64,000 nucleotides of DNA. It comes from Pseudorhodobacter sp. GTDB taxonomy: Bacteria > Pseudomonadota > Alphaproteobacteria > Rhodobacterales > Rhodobacteraceae. The stretch lies in contig JBKBNP010000012.1 in assembly GCA_046295215.1 (NCBI GenBank), positions 15,410-79,409 of the forward strand, in the 5' to 3' direction. Below are positions 56,588 to 64,000 of this stretch, piece after piece. How positions within the stretch are numbered: position 1 is the stretch's first letter; every line of letters begins with the position of its first letter. The position numbers and the translations under genes were made by a program. The notes below the pieces were generated by a model, which had not been told where the DNA came from, did no database searches, and saw only the letters and a program-made list of their open reading frames with translations.

Positions 56588-57484
56588 TCAGTTGAGCCGG
56601 AAGGGTGCGAGGCTGGCCTCGAACACCTCCATGAAATCGAGCGCGAGCAGGCTGGAGCGCGCGGCGGTGGGGCGCAGCAACGCCAGCCGATGCGGCACAA
56701 CGGGGCGGAAGGGGCGGATCGTCAGCCCGTGATGTTCGTATTCGCGGGCGTCCATTTCGGAAATCACCGACACGCCCGCCCCTGCGGCCACCAGCATCGC
56801 GGCGGCGGTGAACTGGCGTGTCTCGATCCGTGTTCCCAGCTTGACCCCGCGCGCGGCAAAGGTCTCGTTCAATTGCTGGTAGAAGATGCTGTCGCGGCGG
56901 GTATGGATGATCGGCTCGGCGGCCAGATCCTCGGGGCGGATCTCGGATTTCGCGGCCAGCGCGTGACCTTCGGGCAGGATGCAGACCGTGCGCATGTGGA
57001 CCATGGTGCAATCCACCATCGGATGCGTGGAGGGTGCGTCCGACACGCCGCAATCGTAATGTTCGTCCACGATCCAGTCCAGAATCCGGTCGGGGCGGTC
57101 GGGTTCCAGCGTGACGCGCACGCGCGGGCGGTCCGCCAGAAATTCCGCCAGCACCTGCGGCAGATGGCTGGTGGCAAAGCCGGTGAGACAGGCGATGCGC
57201 AGATGGCCCGCGCGCCGGTCGGTCAGGTCGGTGGAAAGCCGGTCGATATTGTCCAGCGTTTCCAGAAGCCTTTCCACCTCGCGCAGAAGATGCGCGCCTT
57301 CGCGCGAGGGCACGAGGCGGCCCCCGGATTTCTGGAACAGCTCGAACCCGACAGCGCCGGAGAAGCTGGCCAGAAGCCGGCTGACCGCAGGCTGGGAGAT
57401 CGACAGCTTCTCTGCCGCGCGGGTGACGGAACCGGTCCGGCAGACCGCATGGAAGGCTTCGAGCTGGCGGAGGGGGAAGCTCAT
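56588..57484 (-). CDS. LysR-family transcriptional regulator
   Basis: N-terminus LRQLEAFHAVCRTGSVTRAAEKLSISQPAVSRLL plus a LysR substrate-binding domain. Confidence 0.85.
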   Translation of the reverse strand: MSFPLRQLEAFHAVCRTGSVTRAAEKLSISQPAVSRLLASFSGAVGFELFQKSGGRLVPSREGAHLLREVERLLETLDNIDRLSTDLTDRRAGHLRIACLTGFATSHLPQVLAEFLADRPRVRVTLEPDRPDRILDWIVDEHYDCGVSDAPSTHPMVDCTMVHMRTVCILPEGHALAAKSEIRPEDLAAEPIIHTRRDSIFYQQLNETFAARGVKLGTRIETRQFTAAAMLVAAGAGVSVISEMDAREYEHHGLTIRPFRPVVPHRLALLRPTAARSSLLALDFMEVFEASLAPFRLN

Positions 57485-57519
57485 GGCGTGGTTTCCTGCC
57501 TGTTTACAAGGCGAATTTC

Positions 57520-57534
57520 ATAACATGAGATTAT
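57520..57534. promoter_or_regulatory. LysR-type T-N11-A dyad (ATAAC-N5-ATTAT region)
   Basis: ATAACATGAGATTAT lies in the AT-rich divergent region between the LysR gene and ugpB. Confidence 0.3.
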
Positions 57535-57635
57535 ATACGTGCAATAAAAGTTTTACTTGAATTATGTCACACTTCGGTTTCCACTGAAGGCAGAGGGCGC
57601 TGCTGCCAAACTCGCGCCCCATTCAGGAGGATGAC

Positions 57636-58949
57636 ATGACCCGCTATTCGATGAGCGTGCTGGCCTTTGCCGCCGCAATGCAGATGGCCGCCCCCGCGAT
57701 GGCCCAGACCGAAATCCAGTGGTGGCACGCCTTCACCGGCCGTCTGGGCGATTTGCTGGATGCGCAGGTGGCGCAATTCAACGCAAGCCAGTCCGACTAC
57801 AAGGTCGTGGCGAGCCACAAGGGCAATTACTCCGAGACGCTCAATGCCGCGATCGCGGCCTTCCGCGCCGGGGAACAGCCGCATATCCTTCAGGTGTTCG
57901 AGGTGGGCACCGCCACGATGATGGCCGCCAAGGGTGCTGTCAAACCTGTCCATGAGGTGATGTCGGAAGCGGGCCTGCCGTTCGATCCGGCAGGCTTCAT
58001 CTCGGCGGTGACGGGCTATTATACCACGCCGGATGGCCTGATGCTGTCCTTCCCCTACAATGCCTCGACCCCGGTGATGTATGTCAACCGCGACAAGCTG
58101 ACCGAGGCCGGGATCGACCCGGACGTTGACCTGACCACCTGGGAAAAGGTTATCCCGGTGGTGGATGCGCTGAAGGCCGCCGGCATCGGCTGCCCGCTGA
58201 CGACCGCCTGGCAATCCTGGGTGCATCTCGAAAGCCTCTCAGCCTATCACGACGTGCCCTTTGCCACCCGCGCCAACGGATTCGAGGGGTTGGACACCGA
58301 ACTGACCTTCAACGGCCCGGTTCAGGCGGCGCATATCGCGCAGATGGGCAAATGGGCGCAGGAAGGCAAATTCTTCTATGGCGGGCGGCGCAACGAGGCG
58401 GGCGCGAACTTCCGTGGCGGCGAATGTGCGATCTTCACCGAAAGCTCGGCCGGATATGCGGGCGTGAAATCCGAGGCGCAATTCGCATGGGACATCCGCC
58501 CGCTGCCCTATTGGGACAGCGTCGAGGCCGCCCCGCAGAACACCCTCATCGGGGGGGCCTCGCTCTGGGTCATGGCGGGCAAGTCGGATGCGGATTACAA
58601 GGGCGTTGCCGCCTTCATGAACTTCCTCTCCTCGCCCGAGGTGCAGGCGCAATGGCATCAGGACACCGGCTATCTGCCCGCAACACCTGCCGCCGCCGAA
58701 CTGACCGAAAGCCAGGGCTTCTATGCCGCCAACCCCGGCACGGAAATCGCCGGAAACCAGATGAGCGCCAAGCCCGTGACGGAAAATTCCAAGGGGCTGC
58801 GGCTGGGATCGTTCGACCAGATCCGCACGATCATCGACGAGGAACTGGAGGCCGTCTGGGCCGGGCAGAAAGAGGCACAGGCCGCATTGGACTCCGCCGT
58901 GAGCCGGGGCAATGAACTGCTGCGCCGCTTCGAGGCTGCCAACCGCTGA
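57636..58949 (+). CDS. ugpB: sn-glycerol-3-phosphate ABC transporter substrate-binding protein
   Basis: Signal peptide. UgpB-like sequence (EIQWWHAFTGRLGD..., HILQVFEVGTATMM). First gene of a ugpBAECQ-ordered cluster. Confidence 0.85.
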   Translation: MTRYSMSVLAFAAAMQMAAPAMAQTEIQWWHAFTGRLGDLLDAQVAQFNASQSDYKVVASHKGNYSETLNAAIAAFRAGEQPHILQVFEVGTATMMAAKGAVKPVHEVMSEAGLPFDPAGFISAVTGYYTTPDGLMLSFPYNASTPVMYVNRDKLTEAGIDPDVDLTTWEKVIPVVDALKAAGIGCPLTTAWQSWVHLESLSAYHDVPFATRANGFEGLDTELTFNGPVQAAHIAQMGKWAQEGKFFYGGRRNEAGANFRGGECAIFTESSAGYAGVKSEAQFAWDIRPLPYWDSVEAAPQNTLIGGASLWVMAGKSDADYKGVAAFMNFLSSPEVQAQWHQDTGYLPATPAAAELTESQGFYAANPGTEIAGNQMSAKPVTENSKGLRLGSFDQIRTIIDEELEAVWAGQKEAQAALDSAVSRGNELLRRFEAANR

Positions 58950-59009
58950 GGCGGGCAGGGAAGGGGGGCGGCACCGTGCCGCCCCCCTTCCACATTTCCG
59001 GGGGGGAAC

Positions 59010-59891
59010 ATGGAAAAGCGCGTGACGTTCCGGGGCATCTGGTTGCCCCTTTTGCTGGTGGCACCGCAGGTGTTCATCACGGCTGTCTTCTTTTTCTACC
59101 CTGCCGGGCAGGCGATCTGGCAATCCATGTTCCTGCCCGATCCCTTCGGGCTTTCGACCCGTTTCGTGGGCCTTGGCAATTTCGAATATCTGCTCGGAAA
59201 CCGCTATTACCGCGCGAGTTTCATCACCACGGCGGTTTTCTCCGTCTCCGTCACGGTCGTTTCCATGGGCATCGCGCTTTATCTTGCGGTGCTGGCGGAC
59301 CGGCTCATCAAGGGGTCCGGCACCTACCGCACACTCCTGATCTGGCCCTATGCGGTGGCGCCTGCGGTGGCGGGGGTGTTGTGGATGTTCATGTTCAACA
59401 CCCGCGTCGGGGTCGTTTCATGGTATCTGGGTCAGCTTGGTTACAACTGGAACCATGTGCTGAACGAGGCCGAGGCGATGGGGCTGGTCGTGGTCGCGTC
59501 AAGCTGGGGGCGGATCAGCTATAACTTCCTGTTCTTCCTGGCCGGTTTGCAAGCCATCCCGCGCTCGGTGATCGAGGCCGCGGCCATCGACGGCGCGCAG
59601 TTCTGGACGCGGTTCCGCACGATCGTCTGGCCGCTTCTGTCGCCCACCACGTTCTTCTTGCTGGTGGTGAACATCGTCTATGCCTTCTTTGAAACCTTCG
59701 GGGTGATCCACACGATCACGGCGGGCGGGCCGCAACAGGCCACCACGATCCTTGTCTACAAGGTCTATTCCGACGGCTTCGTGGGGCAGGATCTGGGGTC
59801 ATCCGCTGCGCAATCGGTGATCCTGCTGGCTGTCGTGGGGCTGCTGACCGTGGTGCAGTTCAAGTTCATCGAGCGGAAGGTGCATTACTGA
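59010..59891 (+). CDS. ugpA: sn-glycerol-3-phosphate ABC transporter permease
   Basis: Multi-TM MalF-type permease with an EAA loop ([21 protein letters not shown]). Confidence 0.85.
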   Translation: MEKRVTFRGIWLPLLLVAPQVFITAVFFFYPAGQAIWQSMFLPDPFGLSTRFVGLGNFEYLLGNRYYRASFITTAVFSVSVTVVSMGIALYLAVLADRLIKGSGTYRTLLIWPYAVAPAVAGVLWMFMFNTRVGVVSWYLGQLGYNWNHVLNEAEAMGLVVVASSWGRISYNFLFFLAGLQAIPRSVIEAAAIDGAQFWTRFRTIVWPLLSPTTFFLLVVNIVYAFFETFGVIHTITAGGPQQATTILVYKVYSDGFVGQDLGSSAAQSVILLAVVGLLTVVQFKFIERKVHY

Positions 59892-59911
59892 TGGCGGGGC
59901 AGGGCGGCGGC

Positions 59912-60748
59912 ATGGTCGAAAAACGCGGCTGGGGGCATGTGTTCACCCATCTGGGGCTGATCGCGGGCGTGCTGGTGATCTTCTTTCCGATCTGGCTGGC
60001 CTTTGTCGCCTCCACCGTCACGCAACAGGAGATCGTGCGCCCGCCGATGCCCCTGCTGCCGGGGGACCAGTTCTTCAACAATTACCGCGATGCACTGGTG
60101 TCGGGTGTCAATGCGCCGGTCGCCAAGATGCTGTTCAATTCCATGGTCATGGCGCTTGGCATTTCCTTCGGCAAGATCATCATTTCGCTGCTCTCGGCCT
60201 TTGCCATCGTCTATTTCCGCTTTCCGGGGCGCAAGCTGTTCTTCTGGCTCATCTTTCTCACGCTGATGCTGCCGGTGGAGGTGCGGATCGTGCCGACCTA
60301 TGAGGTGATCGCGGGGTTCGGGATGCTCAACAGCTATTCCGGGCTGATCTTTCCGCTGATCGCCTCGGCCACCGCCACGTTCCTGTTCCGGCAGTTCTAC
60401 ATGACCGTGCCGGACGAACTGGCCGAGGCAGCAAGGGTGGACGGGGCAGGGCCGATGCGGTTCTTCTGGGACATTCTGGTGCCGATGAGCCGCACGAACA
60501 TCGCGGCGCTCTTCGTGATCCTCTTCATCTATGGCTGGAACCAGTATCTCTGGCCGCTTCTCATCACCACGGACCCCTCGATGAACACCATCGTCATGGG
60601 GATCCGGCAGATGTTTCCCTCCGGCGACGATCTGGCGAACTGGCCGGTCATCATGGCGACCTCGATCCTGGCGATGCTGCCGCCGGTGCTGGTGGTGATC
60701 TTCATGCAGCGGCTTTTCATCCGCGGACTAGTGGACAGCGAGAAATAA
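59912..60748 (+). CDS. ugpE: sn-glycerol-3-phosphate ABC transporter permease
   Basis: ORF from 59891. ATG at 59912 gives [14 protein letters not shown] loop ([21 protein letters not shown]). Confidence 0.85.
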   Translation: MVEKRGWGHVFTHLGLIAGVLVIFFPIWLAFVASTVTQQEIVRPPMPLLPGDQFFNNYRDALVSGVNAPVAKMLFNSMVMALGISFGKIIISLLSAFAIVYFRFPGRKLFFWLIFLTLMLPVEVRIVPTYEVIAGFGMLNSYSGLIFPLIASATATFLFRQFYMTVPDELAEAARVDGAGPMRFFWDILVPMSRTNIAALFVILFIYGWNQYLWPLLITTDPSMNTIVMGIRQMFPSGDDLANWPVIMATSILAMLPPVLVVIFMQRLFIRGLVDSEK

Positions 60749-61810
60749 ATGGCGACTGTAACCCTTGACGGCATCCACAAGACCTATGGGACGACGGCGG
60801 TGATCCATGGCGTGTCCATCGACATCGCAGATGGCGAATTCATCGTGATCGTCGGCCCCTCGGGCTGCGGGAAATCGACACTCTTGCGCATGGTGGCGGG
60901 GCTGGAGCGGATCACCTCGGGCGAGTTGAAGATCGGTGACAACCGCGTCAACGATCTGGAACCGATGGAACGCAACATCGCCATGGTGTTCCAGAATTAT
61001 GCGCTCTACCCCCATATGTCGGTTTTCGACAACATGGCCTACGGGCTGAAGATCGCGGGCAAGCCGAAGGCCGAGATTGCCGAACGGGTGGCGGAAGCGG
61101 CGCGGATGCTGCAACTCGATCCCTATCTGACCCGCAAGCCGCGCGAATTGTCGGGCGGGCAGCGCCAGCGGGTTGCCATGGGCCGGGCCATCGTGCGCGA
61201 CCCGGCGGTGTTCCTGTTCGATGAGCCCCTGTCCAATCTCGATGCCAAGCTGCGTGTGCAGATGCGGCTTGAAATCAAGGCCTTGCAGCGCAAACTTGAT
61301 GTGACCGCGCTTTATGTCACCCATGATCAGGTGGAGGCGATGACGTTGGCCGACCGGATGATCGTGATGAATGAGGGCGTCGCCGAACAGATCGGCACGC
61401 CGCTGGAGGTTTACGAGCGCCCCGAGACGCTGTTTGCCGCGCAGTTCATCGGATCGCCCGCAATGAATGTGGTGGCGGGCGAGGCAGACGGGGCAGGGTC
61501 CGTGCGTCTTGCCAATGGCACGGTGATGGCCACGACCAGCCGTGCAAAAGGGGCCGTGAAACTGGGCTTCCGGCCCGAACATATGGTGGCCGATCCGGGC
61601 GGCACGCTGGTGCTGACGGTGCGCATGGCCGAACCTCTGGGGGCCAATACGTTGATCCATGGTGCGGTGCCGGGCATGGCGGATGAGGTGGTGGCCTCGC
61701 TTCCCGGCATCCACCGCGAGTCCGGTCTGGCGCCGGAGATGCGCTTTCACATTCCGCCCGAGGCGACGCATGTCTTTGACGCGGCAACGGGAAAACGGGC
61801 GGACGGCTGA
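60749..61810 (+). CDS. ugpC: sn-glycerol-3-phosphate ABC transporter ATP-binding protein
   Basis: Walker [10 protein letters not shown], signature [13 protein letters not shown], Walker B FLFDEP. MalK-type C-terminal regulatory domain. Confidence 0.9.
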   Translation: MATVTLDGIHKTYGTTAVIHGVSIDIADGEFIVIVGPSGCGKSTLLRMVAGLERITSGELKIGDNRVNDLEPMERNIAMVFQNYALYPHMSVFDNMAYGLKIAGKPKAEIAERVAEAARMLQLDPYLTRKPRELSGGQRQRVAMGRAIVRDPAVFLFDEPLSNLDAKLRVQMRLEIKALQRKLDVTALYVTHDQVEAMTLADRMIVMNEGVAEQIGTPLEVYERPETLFAAQFIGSPAMNVVAGEADGAGSVRLANGTVMATTSRAKGAVKLGFRPEHMVADPGGTLVLTVRMAEPLGANTLIHGAVPGMADEVVASLPGIHRESGLAPEMRFHIPPEATHVFDAATGKRADG

Positions 61811-62772
61811 TGGGCGTTCTGGCGGATCTGCGCGGCGGGCCGGGGCTGATCCGGGTCCATGGCCATCGCGGTGCGCGGGGGATCTGGCCGGAAAACACCT
61901 TGTCGGGTTTTGCGCTGGCCTTTGACATGGGGCTTCAGGTCGTGGAACTCGACGTTCTGGTGACGGTGGACGGGGTGGCTGTGGTCACGCACAATCCCGC
62001 GCTGAAGGCCGATTGCACGCGCGACGCTTCGGGGCGCTGGCTGGCGGTGGACGGGCCGCTGATTGCGGAAATGACGCTGGCGGACCTGCGCAGCCATGAC
62101 ATCGGCGCGCTGCGACCCGGCAGCGACTATGGCGCACGCTATCCCGAACAGGCGGTGGCTCACGGGCTGCGGGTGCCGACGCTGGCGGAGGTCTGCGCGC
62201 TGATTTCCGCGCCGGGCCGGGCCGGCTGCATTCTGAACCTCGAGATCAAGTCGGATCCGGACCAGCCGGACGCCACGCCGCCGATCCCTGATCTGGTGGC
62301 CGCCGTTCTGGCACCCTTGCGCGCGGCAGGCGTTTCGCACCGGGTGATCGTGCAAAGCTTCGACTGGCGCGTGGTGCATGAGGCCGCGCGGCAGGCCCCG
62401 GAGATCCCGCGCAGCTATCTGAGCCTGCTGCGGCGGCCCGACAGGGTGATGGCTGCGAATATCTATCCCGGGTCGCACTGGATGGATGGTTTGCAGGGCG
62501 CGAGCCTGCCGGATCTGGTGGCGGCGGCGGGCGGTGCCGTCTGGTGCCCGCATCACAGCGACCTTTCGGCAGAGGATCGCGAGGACGCGCGCAGACAAGG
62601 CCTGATCGTCAATGTCTGGACGGTGAACGAGCCTGACGACATCGCAAGGATGATCGACTTGGGCGTGGACGGGATCATCACCGACTATCCGGGCCGGGTG
62701 CAAAGGGCGCTTCTGGATCGGGGGATGGTCTGGCGGGATGACCCCGTAGGCTGTCCTGCCCATATCAAGTAA
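61810..62772 (+). CDS. ugpQ: glycerophosphodiester phosphodiesterase
   Basis: GDPD motifs HGHRGARGIWPENT and ELDV. TGATG overlap with ugpC. Confidence 0.8.
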   Translation: MGVLADLRGGPGLIRVHGHRGARGIWPENTLSGFALAFDMGLQVVELDVLVTVDGVAVVTHNPALKADCTRDASGRWLAVDGPLIAEMTLADLRSHDIGALRPGSDYGARYPEQAVAHGLRVPTLAEVCALISAPGRAGCILNLEIKSDPDQPDATPPIPDLVAAVLAPLRAAGVSHRVIVQSFDWRVVHEAARQAPEIPRSYLSLLRRPDRVMAANIYPGSHWMDGLQGASLPDLVAAAGGAVWCPHHSDLSAEDREDARRQGLIVNVWTVNEPDDIARMIDLGVDGIITDYPGRVQRALLDRGMVWRDDPVGCPAHIK

Positions 62773-62797
62773 TCCGATAATCAATATTATGTAAAAT
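62770..62797. other. candidate dif site (XerC/XerD chromosome dimer resolution)
   Basis: TAATCCGATAA-TCAATA-TTATGTAAAAT versus E. coli dif GGTGCGCATAA-TGTATA-TTATGTTAAAT. XerD arm 10/11, central region 4/6, XerC arm 5/11 (inner ATAA conserved), inner 22 nt 18/22. Confidence 0.5.
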
Positions 62798-62864
62798 ATA
62801 TGTCTGTGTCTTGAGGGGGATTTCCCTTTTGTGGCAATATCACATTCACGACTTGAAATATGTT

Positions 62865-62879
62865 ATGTAGACGCTACAT
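62865..62879. promoter_or_regulatory. palindrome ATGTAG-ACG-CTACAT upstream of the SulP gene
   Basis: Read directly. Located about 30 nt upstream of the ATG at 62910. Confidence 0.25.
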
Positions 62880-62909
62880 AGGCGGAAACCCTGCGTCAAA
62901 GGCCCTGCC

Positions 62910-64000
62910 ATGCGCCGCTACTTTCCCATCCTCCTCTGGTCGCGCGGCTATGGTCGCGAAACCCTGACCGCCGATCTGGTGGCCGCTATCATCGTCACGA
63001 TCATGCTGATCCCGCAGAGCCTTGCCTATGCGCTGCTGGCCGGACTGCCGCCCGAGGTCGGTCTTTACGCCTCCATCGCACCGCTGCTGCTTTATGCCGT
63101 GTTCGGAACTTCGCGCACATTGGCGGTTGGTCCGGTGGCGGTTGCCTCCTTGATGACGGCGGCCTCGGTCGGGCAACTGGCGCAGCACGGCACGCCGGAA
63201 TATCTGGGGGCAGCGATTGCGCTGGCCTTTCTTTCGGGTCTGATGCTGCTGGCCATGGGTTTCCTGCGGCTGGGGTTCATCGCGAATTTCCTGAGCCATC
63301 CGGTGATTTCGGGCTTCATCACCGCTTCGGCGCTGCTGATCGCGGCGGGACAGGTGCCGCATCTGCTGGGCATCTCGGCTTCCGGTCATAACCTGCCGGA
63401 TTTGTTGAAGAATATCATTGAAAATTTCGCCGGTGCCAAGCTGGCGACACTGGGGATCGGGGTCTTTGCGACCGGCTTTCTGTTCTGGTCGCGCAAGAGT
63501 CTCAAAGAATGGCTTGAAAGCAAAGGCTTGCCTGGCACCCTAGCAGCCGCTCTGGCGCGCACAGCGCCCATTGCGGCGGTTGTGGCGACAACGCTTGTGA
63601 CCTGGGCGCTCGGGCTTTCGGGGCTCGGCGTGGCGATTGTGGGCGATGTGCCCAAGGGCCTGCCGGTCCCGCAACTGCCGCCCCTGGACCTCGATCTCTG
63701 GGCCAAGGTGGCGGTTCCGGCGCTGCTGATCTCCATTGTCGGCTATGTCGAGACGGTTTCGGTGGCGCAGACACTGGCCGCCAAGCGCCGCCAGCGCATC
63801 GACCCGGATCAGGAACTTGTGGCGCTTGGGGCCTGCAATGTCGGCTCGGCCCTGTCGGGGGGCTTTGCCGTGACGGGCGGTTTTGCGCGGTCTGTGGTGA
63901 ATTTCGACGCAGGCGCGCAGACACCTGCGGCGGGGGCCTTCACCGCCATCGGCATGGCACTGGCGACGCTGTTCCTGACGCCCCTGCTGTTCTTTCTGCC
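62910..64000 (+). CDS. SulP-family sulfate/anion permease (3'-truncated by window end)
   Basis: Open frame from ATG 62910 to the window edge, so it is absent from the ORF track. Motifs MRRYFPILLWSRGY...DLVAAIIVTIMLIPQSLAYALLAGLPPEVGLYAS and GFARSVVNF are typical of SulP. Confidence 0.85.
   Translation, partial: MRRYFPILLWSRGYGRETLTADLVAAIIVTIMLIPQSLAYALLAGLPPEVGLYASIAPLLLYAVFGTSRTLAVGPVAVASLMTAASVGQLAQHGTPEYLGAAIALAFLSGLMLLAMGFLRLGFIANFLSHPVISGFITASALLIAAGQVPHLLGISASGHNLPDLLKNIIENFAGAKLATLGIGVFATGFLFWSRKSLKEWLESKGLPGTLAAALARTAPIAAVVATTLVTWALGLSGLGVAIVGDVPKGLPVPQLPPLDLDLWAKVAVPALLISIVGYVETVSVAQTLAAKRRQRIDPDQELVALGACNVGSALSGGFAVTGGFARSVVNFDAGAQTPAAGAFTAIGMALATLFLTPLLFFL

Noticed and set aside
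1-64000. CRISPR arrays, IS elements, integrases, prophage, GTA or defence-system genes
   Set aside because: No repeat-spacer periodicity and no transposase, integrase or phage-like translations appear in any frame of the ORF track. No multi-gene cluster of unknown function is present. The accessory content is limited to single genes or gene pairs with atypical G+C.

Overview
High-GC (mid-60s %) alphaproteobacterial chromosome segment, Rhodobacteraceae-like by gene content (inference). I call about 58 CDS and two convergent tRNAs (Pro-UGG, Gln-UUG). Content is almost entirely core: yfgM-like/bamB/der, an Mla/MCE-type ABC operon, proA, chpT, olsBA, thiE, ctaA, gyrA, trmFO, gluQ, a Liv-type amino-acid ABC operon next to arginase/ornithine cyclodeaminase/Lrp, ccmFH, trpE, ppiD-like, gpt, fabI, pdxH, an autotransporter, ugpBAECQ and a truncated SulP permease. 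I found no transposase, integrase, phage gene, CRISPR array or recognisable defence or toxin-antitoxin module, and I do not claim a novel multi-gene system. The long ORFs antisense to real genes are high-GC shadow ORFs. Points worth a second look: (1) a 28-nt AT-rich site at 62770-62797 that closely resembles a XerC/XerD dif site; (2) an 18:2 strand skew of the FtsK-orienting octamer GGGNAGGG pointing toward that site; (3) a five-copy bipartite REP-like element (GC hairpin plus conserved CCCCGAGGWATTT tail), one copy inside the liv operon; (4) a 57-codon signal-peptide-like ORF, absent from the ORF track, coupled between livF and livH; (5) a 456-bp non-coding spacer between the two tRNAs; (6) two low-GC islets (a VOC gene and a LysR/membrane-protein pair); (7) several perfect palindromes in AT-rich intergenic regions. 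Start codons were chosen by eye and are approximate.
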